Below are positions 12,719 to 25,720 of a DNA stretch of 64,000 nt, piece by piece (the stretch's first letter is position 1; each line of letters opens with the position of its first letter). The position numbers and the translations under genes are program-made. The stretch comes from Callorhinchus milii (taxonomy: Eukaryota), in assembly GCF_018977255.1 (NCBI RefSeq), contig NW_024704742.1, positions 49,540,001 to 49,604,000 on the forward strand, in the 5' to 3' direction. The notes below the pieces were generated by a model. The model was given only the letters and a program-made list of their open reading frames with translations, was not told the DNA's origin and ran no database searches.

Positions 12719-12895
12719 TGACCGTGCTTTCAGCTCCCCTCTCGACTCTCTACTCCCTCCTCACTCCCTCCCTTCCCTCCTCTCACCCTGACAATTTCCC
12801 CCCTGCCCGGGTCCTGACCCAACTGTCCAGCGCCTTGGGACGTCCTCCCGACGTGAAAAGCGCTCTATGAATGAAATCTTGCTGTTGTTGTTGTC
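12719..12895 (+). mobile_element. Young L2 3' end
   Basis: Closely matches 4810..4985. Confidence 0.9.
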
Positions 12896-13997
12896 ATTGA
12901 AATGGTTAATCTGGCTCTTTGGCTGTTAAATAGGGGTAAGGTGCGAGCTGGCGAGCTGGAATTACCTGCTAAATGTAATTATAATGCCAGTACCAGCATT
13001 CTAATTGTTTGAATCTCACATGAAGAAGATAGCAAATAAGCTATCTTCTGCTCATGGGATTCAAACTGAGTCAAAGTCAATAACGCTGGCCACTGAAGAT
13101 CCGCAAGCATGATGACGCACTATGAGAGTAGGGCTGGCAGGACTCTATGTGGAATTATTTTAAAATTTATTTTGTTTTGGGTCAGGTCCAGCTACGTACA
13201 AATTGCAGATTCCTGGAGCCCGATAAGCCGGGGGTTTACTGTATTGACCTCCCAATGCTACAATGGTAGATATATATTACACAATGTTATGTAACACAAC
13301 AGGAGCACCAAATGCAAGAGACTCTTGGTTAGGTTTCAGCCACCACTTTGTAATATATCCAGGCACCCATCCACCCAGCCCAGCAGCCAGAATCAATAGG
13401 AATAGCTTCTTTCAGATATCAGTTCATTTTCAGTGAAGGAATATTTCGCTTTTTTGGACTAAAGCCATCAGAGAGAATTACAGTACTGAGTATGGAAGTG
13501 TACACCACACCATATCTGTGACTCAGAGTAGAGTTGGAAAACTGGATTAAGATACTATCCAAGAAAAGTCAAAATCAATAGAATCCAGTTAGTTATCGGA
13601 GTTTCATCTGTATGAGAGCAGGGAAAGAATATAATGTTCACTGGCTAACACCTACAAGAGAAGTTTTATTTTTAATTTGCAGGCACAAACAAGCATGTGC
13701 ATAATTGTGCGATTGTATCATTTCCTGAAGGACTTCAATTCTTTAGTCTTTAGCAAGAAGGAATAAGATGAAGCCCACACTATAGGGAGACCCTTCTTCA
13801 TTAATCATGGAATCCTAGAAAGTCACATAATATAAACTCTCTTTTGAAATGGTGCTCTTTTCTACAGCACGCTGGTAATAATGGCTCTTCACAAAAGAAT
13901 GGGGTTTAATTTGCAATTTTTGCAATAGGAATTTCTTCCAGTCAACCGAACTCCAGAAGTAAATCTCCAGGAGCAACATTCCTCCAGGTAGTTGTAT

Positions 13998-14415
13998 GTC
14001 AGCCTGGCTCAGTTGGTAGCACTCTTGCTTCTGAGCCAGAAGATTGTGGGTTCAAACCCCATGTCGGGAAATTGGAACCTAGTCTATGCTGACACTTCAA
14101 TGCAGTGCTGGATTGTCAGAGGTGTTGTTCTTTAGATGAGATGTTAAACCAAGGAGCCGTATGACTGTTCAGATGGATGTTAAAGATCCCACGGCACTAT
14201 TCGAATAGAGAAGGGAGTTTATCCTGGTGTGTTCTGGCCAACAATCCCCGAAATAAAAATTGGTCACTCACTCCATCGCTGTGTGACAAATTGACTGAGC
14301 CCAAATTGGCTGCCCAGAAAAATAACAGGTTCACACCAGTTTATAATAATAATTCTTGCATTTGATATAGCGCTTTTCACGTCTTCTACTAAATCCTGTA
14401 AAGCGCTTTGAGACG
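13998..14415 (+). mobile_element. Older DeuSINE (SacSINE1/EshSINE1/AmnSINE1-like)
   Basis: tRNA-like head GGCTCAGTTGGTAGCAC..GGTTCAAACCC; Deu domain GATGAGATGTTAAACC..GATGTTAAAGATCCCACGGCACTATTCGAA..CTGGCCAAC. Confidence 0.85.
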
Positions 14416-15431
14416 ACTGGATAATGTGGGTTGGGAGGGCAATACAGTAAGACGGGGGTTTATTGTATTGACCTCCCATTGCTACAATCGTAGATATATA
14501 TTTACACAACGTTATGTAACACAACATAAGTCTGATTTGGGTGATATAGCAATCTAGTTAGTTATCAGAGTTTCAGTTGCATGAACGCAGGGTAAGAATA
14601 TAATGTTCACTGGCAAACACACACAAGAGAAGTTTTATTTTTAATCTGCAGGCACAAACAAGCAAGTGCTTGCCAGTGGCCCTATATCAAATGCAAGGAT
14701 TAGTTTTCTTATTATTAGGGATGACATGCTCCTGGTTACTGAAGCACAATCTCTTTGTACTACTTTACATCAAGAAAGTAAGATTCCGCGGAGATGCAGC
14801 AATTACAAGGTCTCTTGGAGCTGACATGTAAACGTCAAATCTCAATAATTTAGCTAACTGGGAATGATTCCCTCCCCTTCTCCTGTATTGCTACTGTCCC
14901 TTCTTTCTTGGTTTCACTCAGCTCCTCTCCATAGGAACTCAACACTCAAGCAATAACATGCATGACTGCCCTATCACTTAAAAGAACACCTCGGTAGGGC
15001 TCCAGGACGTCTGCTGCTGAGCTATCCCCCATCAGGTTTCATCAGATAAAGAATGTCACAATGTACAGATAAAATCATTGAACTACATAACTTTATACAG
15101 TTGCCCATTAAATAATCTAATTACTGATTGCTACTTCTACAAGATGAAATTTGGATTTGCTGTAAGTACATTTACAAGGCAATTCTCTGAATGTCAGTAA
15201 ATTTACTAGCCTTTGTGGGCAACACCAACTTATTCTCTGCTAGCTTTTACATTTATCTTACATTTATTATTTTTATGATTACATTTATGTATTTTTACAT
15301 TTATTATTATTTGGAATACGCATTTATAAATAATCCTCACATTTGATACCACATTTTATCATGTCATCAAAATGTCTCAAATTGACAACATAGGGCTTGA
15401 AACCACAACTTTCTGTCTCAGAGGCGAGAGT

Positions 15432-16132
15432 GTCCTTCATCCCCCACATCGATGCCATGGCCCACTCCGCTTTTCCCCACCTCCGCAGCATTGCTCGGCT
15501 CTGCCACTGCCGCACCCCTCAGACCACCGAAACTTTCATTCACGCGATCATCACACAGGCTCGACTACGCCAACTCTCTACTTGTCGGTCTCCCCATCTC
15601 CTCCCTCCACAGGCTGCAGATCATCCAGAACTCTAAAGCCCGTGGCCTCTCCCACTCCAGGCTCGCGATCCTATCACCTCCATCCTCGCCCGACTCCACT
15701 GGTTTCCCATCATTCACAGGCTTCAGTTCAAGATCCAGGTCCTCACCTTCAAAGCCCTCCATAGCCTTGCTCCTCCCTACTTTTGTGACCTCCTAATCCC
15801 CTACCAACCTGTCTACTCCCTCCGCTCAGTGGGCTCCGGCCTGCTTCATGTCGCCTGTTTTGCCCACTCCCACCTTCAGCCTCTTTTCTCCCACCCTCTG
15901 GAACTCCATTCCATTGTCCCTCCGCCTCGCCCCCTCCCTCGCCTTCTTCAAGACGCGTCTCAAGACTCTCCCCTTTGACTGTGCCTTCGGTCACCCTCCT
16001 ACCTCTACCTTCCCCGTCCTTCACCCCTCTTGATTCCAACCACCAGCTCAGTTGTGGATTCCTAACTGTCCAGTGCCTTGGAACGTCCTTCTGATATGAA
16101 AGGCGCTATACAAATGTAATTTGTTGTTGTTG
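15432..16132 (+). mobile_element. L2 3' fragment inserted into the tRNA head of a minus-strand DeuSINE
   Basis: RLDYANSLLVGLP..LHRLQIIQN; (TTG)n tail; host head halves at 15392..15432 and 16132..16156. Confidence 0.85.
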
Positions 16133-16232
16133 CTATCAACTGAGCCAGGCTGCCACCTATCTTGTGAGATTGAATATTTGAAGTCAGTGCTTGGATTTGT
16201 TACTCATATTTTTGTGTGAAATGTTGATAGAT

Positions 16233-17218
16233 AAACAACAACAACAAAATTACATTTATAGAGCGCCTTTCTCATCGGGAGGATGTCCCAAAGCGCTGAA
16301 CAGTCAGGTGGCCCGAGCATCGGGGAGGGGTGGTGTTGGGGTGAGGGAAGGCAGAGAGGTGGGAGGGCGACCAAAGGCACGATCAAAGAGATGGGTCTTG
16401 AGACCGCCCTTGAAGGAGGCAAGGGAGAAAGCGAGATGAAGGGTCCGTGGGATGGAGTTCCAGAGTGTGGGGGCAGAGAGGCTGAAAGCCCGGCCACCGA
16501 TGGTAGGGCGGGAGACATGGAGCAGATTGGAGCCTGATGAATGGAAGGAGCGGGCAGCTTGGTAGGGAGTCAGCAGGTCAGAGAGGTAGGAGGGGCAAGG
16601 CCATGAATGGCGTTGAAAGTGAGGACGAGGATCGATCGTCTGGGTGATGGGGAACCAGTGGAGTCGGGCGAGTGTGGGAGTGATGGGATCACGGAGCCTG
16701 GTGCGCGAGAGTACACAAGCTGTAGAGTTTGGGATAATCTGCAGCTTGTGAAGGGAAGAGTTGGGAAGGCCGATGAGGAGGGATTTTCCGTATTTGAGCC
16801 TTGATGTGACGGATGAATGGATAAGGGTTTCGGCAGCCTGAGGGGTGAGGCAGTGGTGGAGTCTGGCAATGTTGCGGAGGTGGTGGTAGGCAGTGCCAGT
16901 CATGGCATGGATATGGAGGAGAAAGGCAGTTCAGGGTCAAACAAGACAGCCAGGTTCCTGACTGGCTTAGTGAGGTTGAGTCTGAGCCATGGATGCTGAT
17001 GCTGCCAGCGCCTGAGGCGCTGGAATGAACCAATCATGAGGGCCTCGGTCTTGCTGACGTTGAGTTGGAGAAAGTTGTTCCTCGTTCAGGACTTGATGTC
17101 GGACAGGCAGTCGGTCAGGACACCAGTGGTGTGGTCCTGGAGTTGAGGGTGGAGGCGGGGAGATAGAGTTGGGTGTCATCCGCATACATGTGGAAATTTA
17201 CCCCATGTCTGCGGATGC
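16233..17218 (-). mobile_element. L2 LINE 3' ~1 kb
   Basis: [12 protein letters not shown] at right end, HHLRNIARL, RLHWFPI, (CAA)n tail. Confidence 0.93.
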
Positions 17219-17476
17219 CTTAGTGACCTGGGCTAAGGAATGGGAAAAAGAAAATAGAGCAAGAAATAGTTTCAATACTTACAGAACAACCATGCTTTAA
17301 TGTACTTTGCTATAACTCGGGTTTGCTTAAAATGTGATCAAGTTGACATTCTTAACTGAAAATTTAAATTGTGGGATCTAAATGCCATCATTGCAAAACT
17401 GGTCACCTTCTGTGTTGTAAGATCGCCGCTAATGTTACTTTTTCCTGCTCCACATCCACAGGAAGTGCCACTAACA

Positions 17477-17680
17477 TAATAATAATCCTTGCATTTGATA
17501 TAGCGCTTTTCACATCGGGAGGACGTCCCAAAGCGCTTCACAGAACACATTGTAAAGTGAATTGACTGTATATTTGTGGGCGAACGCGGCAGCCAATTGC
17601 GCACAGCAATGTCCCACAAACAGTCGTAGATTGAAAATGACCAATTTATTATTGTTTTAGGTTTTGGAGGGATTATTATT
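17477..17680 (-). mobile_element. Same SINE, 5'-truncated
   Basis: Near-identical to the 3' part of the 24068 and 37554 copies. Confidence 0.9.
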
Positions 17681-18754
17681 TTTAAACATCTCTTTGAGAA
17701 GGAAGTGACATCGGTAGTGACCTGATGACCTGGAAGTCTGACATTTTATCGTACCTCTTTATAACAGGGGCCCTGAGACAGCAGCACCTTGGGACGTCCT
17801 CCCGATGTGAAAGGCGTTATACAAATGTAATTTTTGTATTAGACCTGGATGACTAAACTATAAACGGGCTGTCCTGCAGGTAAATTCATGTGGGACTAAA
17901 GCCGTAAGGATCAGGAAAGGCTCAGATGTGATCCCAGTCAGTGTGACGTAACTGTTCCGGTTGGGGATCAGTAAACTGATTTGCCTTAGCGACCTGGACT
18001 AAGGAATGGAAAAAACAGCCAAGGTTCCCATGCCTAATGATTATTACCTCCTCTCCTCCCCCACAAGTGGAAAATATGAGTACGTGTTTGTGTGTATATG
18101 GGACAGAAGATGTCTGGGTTTGACATGAACACTTGAACTGGGTAGTAAAGAGCATCTGACACCGATGAAACCATCCCCTGCAGCAGTCAGTACTTTCAAG
18201 AGAGGAGAGCAGCTCAAAATAGCTACAAATCCAAGCACTAAACCACACTCCAAACAAGATATTGTAATAATCTGTACTGGCCTCTGAGATCCCAAATGAT
18301 ATCCAGGATGATTGCCTGCATGTCTCTAGCCTTTAAGTATACTTCTTTCAAATATGTTTGTTCTCCATGGCCCTCTGTAAATACCTTTGAATTACAGATT
18401 GATTACTTGAGAGCTGTTCTTCATGCACGTGAAAAACTTCAAATCAGGAAAAGGAGGAGTCTTTTCGAAGTGCAATCCACAGCACTGATCCCAATATTTC
18501 ATTCAGATTCATATGTTTCATCATAAGTAGATGACTTCTTACACACTGGATTGGATAGTTTAGCCAGCTGAACCAGGGATTAAAAGGCTCTGCGTTTTAA
18601 TTCCACTCAGCCCGTCACACTTTTTAGGTTGCTAAAATGACCCCCAAAAGTCTAAAAACATCCTCGGGGAAGTGGGAACACGAATGCAGAGACGCCCTGG
18701 GATTGAACAGGGAAATGCAATTAAAAAGATAGAAAGCTGCCATGAACTAATGGC

Positions 18755-19850
18755 AACAAGCAACAACTTGCACTTATATAGCACCCTCCATGCAGGGTAG
18801 CGTCTCAGAGCGCTTAACAGTGGCGAAGCCTGACTTCGAGCCGGGGGGGGCGATAGGGAGGTGATCGTAAGCGCAGTTGAAAAGGAAGGTTTTCAGGTGG
18901 GACTCGAAAAAGGGGAGAGAGGGGGCAAGGCGGAGGGATTGAGAGAGTTCCAGAGTTTCAGGTCGTAGTGGCTGAATGCACGACCTCCAATGGTGTAGCG
19001 GAGGGCACAAGGGACAAGCAGGAGTTTGTTGCCAGTCGAGTGGAGATGTGGATTGGGGAGTGAGAAGATCGGAGAGGTAGGGAGGTGCCAGGGAGTGAAG
19101 GGATTTGAAAACAAGTGTGAGGATCTTAAAAGTCGATCCATTCGGTGATGGGGAGCCAGTGGAGCCTGTCCAGAACTGGTGAGATGGGGATACGGAGTTT
19201 GGTCCGGGTAAGTATGTGGGTAGCAGAGCTCTGAATGAGCTGGATGTTTTGAATAGTGGAAGGTGGTCCTGGTCAGGGACCAGATGTGGGGAAGGAAGGA
19301 CAGCTGGGGGTCGAACCGGAAGGCTCGATTGCGCACTGGTTCGGTCAGTCTGAGGGGGATGCTGGGGAGATTTAGGAGGTCAGATCTGCAGGAGTAAAGA
19401 TGCTGACGGGAGCCAAGGAGTACGGCTTCCATCTTGTCCACATTCAGCTGCAGGAAGTTTGCACTCATCCAGGCCCTGATGTCTGCCAGAAAAGCTGATT
19501 GAACATCGGTGGACTTGGGAGTTTCAGCTGGAGGAGGCAAAATAGATTTGTGTGTTATTGGCATCCATGTGGAAGTTTACCCCATATCTGCGAATGACAT
19601 CGCCCAAAGGAAGCATGTAGATGAGGAAAAGAAGAGGGCCAAGGATGGAGCCTTGGTGTACCCCGCAGGCGACCGGATGGGAGGAGAAACCCTTTACTGA
19701 GATGAAATGGAGGCAGTCGGTTAAGTAGTACTCGATCCTTGCGAGTATGGTCCCACTAAAGTGGATGAAGGAGGCGAGGCGGTGGAGGAGGATGATGTGG
19801 TCGACTTTGTCGAACGCAGCAGAGAGATCCAGGAGGACGAGTAGGTAGAG
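18755..19850 (-). mobile_element. L2 LINE fragment (second tail subtype)
   Basis: LLDLSAAFDKVDH, GVHQGSILGP, NFLQLNVDKMEA. Confidence 0.92.
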
Positions 19851-19974
19851 GGGTTTACTGAAATGAGTGTCCAGCATCTAATCTTAAAACTAGTCTTGAG
19901 TAAAGGTTACCAGCATTACTTAATCAGATTTAGAGTGATATTGAAATGCCAAGCTCAATAATAGCAACTGTCAT

Positions 19975-20790
19975 CAGAGGCTTCAGAACAAACCACTGCC
20001 AAATTCGGGGTAACAGGAATATTTGGCAATACCGCTGTGAGGTGTGGAATTCAAAGTTGAAATGATTGAACAGCAAAGTTGTATGAATCCATTTTCAGAT
20101 GAGACTCCACCAGTCATGGTGAGCGGAGGATTTCTGGTGGGGAGATCAGTATCCCAGTGTGAAAAGATGGATAGAGTAGAATTGCTTAAGTGGTAATACC
20201 CATTTTGCATTGTGCCTCCTCAAATGCACCATTCTGCAAGATTTCTTCTTTAATGGTCTTTTAACAAATCCTGAACAAACTAAATCAGTCTTTTCAATCC
20301 TTTCCATTGAATGTTTGAACTGCAGCTTCTCAGGGGTGGGAATGCTGACAGTAGCACTTTTCATCTTCTGGTTCGTTCTTCAAATTCCAACTCTGTTAAC
20401 AATTATTTCTATTTTTAGTCAACAGACATTCAGAACCTCAGATTGTTCTACCAAAACGTATTTCAACTGCTCCCTCTGGACTAGCTTCAAATTTTGTTTC
20501 AATTTTAAATCTGCCTCAATCGGCCATATTGTTATAAGACACATGATTCTATGACACACTTCAAGCTGCTAATGGTTTCACACCAGCTGTCACCATGTGA
20601 TAATAGCTTTATACTTGTTTTCTCTCTTTGGCTTTGATTTGGATAACCCTTGATGTTGAACTCCACAAATCAAACTGCTCATGCAGAAGATGTGTTTATA
20701 AGTGGTCAGAAGTTACTTTCAGAATATATAATAAATTGTTACCAAACTTCAGGGTGAGAACTGTGATGCTTCTTAACACATTCAAAGGGA
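19975..20790 (-). mobile_element. Eroded PLE ORF fossil
   Basis: In order: LLHEQ, AKERKQV, SPEGAVEIR, LLYPS, VSSENG, SYNFA..IPHL. Confidence 0.4.
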
Positions 20791-21039
20791 TAATTATTAC
20801 ATTGAATTTGTTAAGAAATGTTGTATTTCCAATCTATTACTGAAGACTGGCCATGACACCACACCTAAAAAAGGGTCAACTACAGTGGTCTGAAGAAAAA
20901 GGGTAGGTAAACAGGACTGAAAGGGTGGCTCATCGTCCTGTTTTTGTTGCTGACAGCCACGATTGTTATTCTGAACCATGGAATACAATACTTCAGGTAA
21001 GCTGATAAGCTGACACCAATATAATGTTGAAGAGTGCAC

Positions 21040-21335
21040 TGCATTGGTAAAGATGCTGTCCTTCAGATAAGACATTAAAAGCCCCATCTGCTTGTCCAGA
21101 TGGATGTTAAACGTCCTATGACCTGAATGGAAAAGAGGAGGAAATGTCTCTAAGAGTCCTGGCCAATAATCCTTCAAATAAAAATATATGTGGGATATAT
21201 CTGTGCATAAATTGGCTGTATTTGATTACAAATATAGTCGATTTACAGTAAAAATCCTATAAAGCATTTTTAGGTCTTTCGGCGATGTGATGAGACATTA
21301 TTTCAAATGAAATGTAAGACGAGTTATTATTTTAC
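21040..21335 (+). mobile_element. DeuSINE fragment; others at 28490..28667(-), 39850..39935(+), 41895..42040(-)
   Basis: Deu-domain and head motifs as in the 13998 copy. Confidence 0.75.
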
Positions 21336-21759
21336 TGAGCAAAGCACACTACTAAATTTAGAGGATTGATGTAATGGGTCTCTCACACTGTTGGAGAAGT
21401 GTGTGTTTGTCCGATTTTAAAATACTTGGAGATCATGTCAGAAGCACATCTGATCAGGCGCTATACAAATGTAATTTGTTGGTTGTTGTTATATGGTTTT
21501 AGTTGGTTAAATCCTGCACACTTTGAAGTCCTTAAGCCTTGTTTCCTGCCACCCTACACCTTCTTTGGAATTAGGTAAGCAGGATGCATCCCTCTGGGGA
21601 GAGAGTTCGTATTCCAACCAGACATGAGGATTTCCATGTGTTGATGGCGTGCATGGAACACATAGCTGGGCTTGGATACTATTAAGCATGTATCAGATAC
21701 CCGGCAGACCAAAAAAAAAAGTTCACAGTGGAAAGTAAAGAATCCATACTTAACTGGAG

Positions 21760-22075
21760 TCATTTACTGTTCAAAGAAGCGCTACACATATAGCTTCATC
21801 GCAGTGCCAGGAACATTTCAATTTTCAGGTGTCCTTTTCCAATATGTTCCACTTCATTTAAACATAGATTGCTTTCACAAAAAAGCGTACTGAGAACCTT
21901 TCTCTCTTTTGTTTCCAATGACATGACATAGTGAAGCAATTGCATCAAAACACTCATCACACAGAATAGAACCATAGACATTTCCAGAATAGAAGAAGGT
22001 CATTTGGTCCATTGTGTTTGTCCTGACTTTTTTAATGAACAAGCCATTCAGTATCTTTGCTTGCCTTCTCCTCAA
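21760..22075 (-). mobile_element. Eroded PLE ORF fossil
   Basis: AKILNGLFIKKVRTN, ETKERKV, SNLCLNEVEHIGKGHL in PLE order. Confidence 0.38.
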
Positions 22076-22989
22076 ATCCTGTAAATTATTATTTTTTTAG
22101 AATATCTACCTAGTTCCAGCTTGAAAACTAATATGGATCCTGTCTCAACCGCCACACCTGACAGGACATTCTACATCGTAACATCTCTCTGTGAAAAAGA
22201 AATCCCCCTAATCTCCCCCATTGCTCCTTATCTTAAATTGCTGCCCTCTAGACACTGACTCACCAAACAGTGGAAACCATTTTTTCCAACATTACAATAC
22301 AACACTTTGTTAAAATTGATACACAATGTTCCCCCTTTCTGAACCCACACCCCAACATGACTGAAGGGCTGACATACTAAGGTTGGGAAAATACCCTTAT
22401 CTGTAAGACATCTGCAAATTATTTCGGTCTAATATTATGTGATGTTGAATTTATATAACAGGGAAGATTATTTCAACTCCACTGCATTTGATACACCATT
22501 AAGTGAACCCTTTTTAAATTTGTGAAGCAAAACCAATCTCATTTTGTGACAAGCTAAATCACACATGATCCGTGGAAAATCAGACACAGTACAAAATGAT
22601 CTTTTCTCTTTACCAAAAGTACCAAATGATCTTTTCTCATAAAATATTTTCTTATGTTTTTATGTTCTGATTTTCATCCATGGAAATCAAATGTATCTCC
22701 CACCGGACCAATTTCTTATTCTGTCTAGAAGAATGAACATTTCGAAAAGCTTCACAAAGACAACAGGGATCACAAAACGGGGTGGGTGGGTGGGGAGGGG
22801 GGGGAAAGGGAGGAAATTCAGGCACGGTCAAACAGATAGGTTTTAAGAAGATTTTGAAGATAGAGAGAGTAAATAGAAGATAGCAAGGTAAGGGATTTTA
22901 GGAGAATGTTACAAAGCGCAAAGACAAAGTGACCAGACAAGTGTAACCTCCTTCATACAAGATCTTCAGATCAGATCATCATGAGATTG

Positions 22990-24035
22990 AAACAAGAGTT
23001 GTAATGAAATATTTTTTCATCGTGAAACGTCTTTTGCATTAATACAGTAACAGTCAGAAGCATTGTGAGAAACTAAAGTCTGATCGGGTGCACAGGGATA
23101 TGCTATTCCAATGTTCCTATGTGAACTTCTTAATAGGATAAACCACATCTTAAGTTGAAGTGCTTGAACTGGCCAACATTTGTTGATTTTCAAAGAAATC
23201 CTCCATGGCCCAATTTAGGTCATTTTGGACATAAAATGTGTGTTCCTTCTTATCTCCAGTACACAGCTTGCTTTCTGCAAAAGCTCTGTGTATTAGTTCC
23301 ATAACTTCAATCACTACAGATCTTGTTGTTTCCCTTTTTGCTGATACCAGCAACATCTCTGTGTTTTTTTTGTAAACAGAGTTTCACATTTCAATGAAAA
23401 TATATCAATTCCCTTGAAAAAGTTTTGAGCAGCTTTGCATAATTTCATTTGGAATTATTTTAAATTGTAGAATCGGAATAATGAAAAGCAACTTGAGAGG
23501 TTAAGCTAGAAATACTGATAAAATGTATTTGTCACACTGGAGAAAAGCACAGCGAAGTTTACAGATGCATCATTGGCTAAGAAAGTGTTTTATGAAACAT
23601 TTAATCAGATTTAGGCGTAGACATGATAATCTGATCAGCAAGGTGCGAATGTGTTACCCTGAATAGGATTTTTATAATGAATCTGTTAACATTGAAGACT
23701 CAAACTTGCTATTACCCATACACTACTTGATTTTATCTTGCCCTCTCTCTTACTCTCTTCAACTTGTGCGATGTCCTGCAATATAGACCTTGGCGGCTTG
23801 CTTAGATCTTCTCAGTACTGAAATACAGTAGTACATATTTTACATTGTACATTCTCTGTGAACCATCCCAATAGGTCTCAGTGCAGATGCTATCTTGAGT
23901 TGTTGAAATGGCCTTAACTCGTCCTTCCAGGAATTCATTGTGCACCCGACAAAAGTCTCTTTTGAAATGGAAAGATGTATTAGAAGTTACTGTTCGGTGA
24001 GCAAACCTTACTGACCTTACCAAACAAGATGAATT
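22990..24035 (-). mobile_element. Eroded PLE fossil, N-terminus through RT core
   Basis: EFLEGRVKAI, VWVIASL, QGNTFAP, FSLKCETLFT (motif A-like), FYVQ..AM (motif B-like), TFHDEKIF (motif C-like), collinear. Confidence 0.5.
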
Positions 24036-24067
24036 ACTTACTCAGTGAAAAGATGCAGTGGAATGCA

Positions 24068-24390
24068 GGAGACCTGTAGCTCAGTGGTTAGAGCACTCGA
24101 TTTGCAAGTGAGAGACCTGAGTTCAATTCCAGGCAGAGGGCGAAACCATGGGCAAGTTTCCTTACTCCACACGCCTAATAATAATCCCTCCAAAACCCGA
24201 AACAATAATAAATTGGTCATTTTCAATCTACGACTGTTTGTGGGACATTGCTGTGCGCAATTGGCTGCCGCGTTCGCCCACAAATATACAGTCAATTCAC
24301 TTTACAGTATATTCTGTGAAGCGCTTTGGGATGTCCTCCCGACGTGAAAAGCGCTATATCAAATGCAAGGACTATTATTATTATTATTAT
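24068..24390 (+). mobile_element. Same SINE, young short form
   Basis: Near-identical to the 37554 copy. Confidence 0.93.
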
Positions 24391-24469
24391 AATGCAATTA
24401 CTGAATGATACCTCCAATCTGCAAACTGCTGCATTTTCAATCTGGTCAGAGCCTCACATAGGTTCTCAC

Positions 24470-25218
24470 AGGCTTGAATTCAAGATCCTCACACTTGTGT
24501 TCTAATCCCTTCACTCTCTGGCACCTCCCTACCTCTCTGACCTCCTCACTCCCCATTCCACCACCCGGCACCTCCGCTCGACTAGCAATGGCCTCCTGCT
24601 CGTCCCTCACACCCTCCGCCCCACCATCGGAGGTCGTGCTTTCAACCACTATGCCCCGAAACTCTGGAACACTCCCTCAATCCTTCCGCCTTGCCTTCTC
24701 TCTCCCCCCTTTCAAGTCCCACCTGAAAACCTTCCTCTTCATAAGACATAGGAACATAAGAAATGCTAGCCGAAAAAAGACCAAGGTCCTTCTAGTTCGC
24801 CTTCCACCTTCCTGGCGGTCACATACACATGTCACAAACTACCTATGTACTGTATCCCATAATGTTATTTCCTAAAAGAAAACTATCTATTCTGTGTTTG
24901 AAAGAATCAACACTTCCTGTTTCAACCATCTCCCTAGGGAGCCTGTTTCACAGGTTCACTATTTGCTTACTGAAATAGTGTTTGAGTAGATTTGTTCTGA
25001 ATTTACCCTCTTCAATCGCAGGCCGTGTCCTCTGGTTTTACTATTTTGGACAAGTTGAAACAGCCTGTCATGATCTATATATGATCTTCGACGATGCTTC
25101 CGGCCACCTCCAACTGGCTCGGAGTCAAGAGTCAGGCTCTGCCACTGTTAAGCGCTCTGAGATGCTACCCTGCATGAAGGGCGCTATATAAGTGCAAGTT
25201 GTTATTGTTGTTGTTGCT
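24470..25218 (+). mobile_element. L2 3' fragment interrupted by a minus-strand CR1-type 3' fragment (~24741..25080)
   Basis: L2 breaks at ACCTTCCTCTTC and resumes near 25086; insert begins with ATAAGACATAGGAACATAAG, a reverse CR1-like tail. Confidence 0.75.
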
Positions 25219-25249
25219 GAATAGAATTTTCCAGTTTTTTTCTTAGGTT

Positions 25250-25720
25250 TTAGAGCCAATTTTTTGACTTAGAATGTTCTCCAATATTTCGCAATGAGTG
25301 ATCCACAAAGGGCACGAGGGAGGAAAAATGAGGACTCATAAGTCCCAGGAACAATGAAGCGATGTTGAGTGTTGTCATGTGAAAGTCAATCATGGAAGAA
25401 AAACTCAGCACAGATAAACGGGCCTCCAGATGAAACATGGGTGTGTCACATGTAAGTTGCATGCATGCAAAGCCATTGCTCAAGTGACAGAAACACAGAC
25501 AGGCACAATCTACTGACTGTCTTAATCATATTTCTTACAAAGTTGTTACTGTTCTCATCAATAATATCACTCACCTTGATCCTGGTCCTGTTTCTCTCTT
25601 CCTTCTCCCTGCTCAGTGTGCTCCCGATCACATTTCCTTTCCTTTCCTTTCCTGGTTGTTTCTTACCACATTTGTTCTATGCTTTGAGGCATTTATTTTG
25701 CAGTTCCATTCATTCCCAGT
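25250..25720 (-). mobile_element. Eroded PLE fossil
   Basis: LSREKEE..RIKVSDII; FSSMI..TLNIASLFLGLMSP..DHSLRN cf. VSSI..TYNIAK.L..ILSP..H.IKN. Confidence 0.45.

Noticed and set aside
19983..20364. Gypsy integrase reading (NSTPHS, IPTPEK..ERI)
   Set aside because: No D-D-E spacing; the collinear PLE reading explains more of the region, though both are weak.
24148..24408. Recurrent ~80-aa ORFs ending [11 protein letters not shown] that look like a gene family
   Set aside because: Incidental translations of the abundant SINE.
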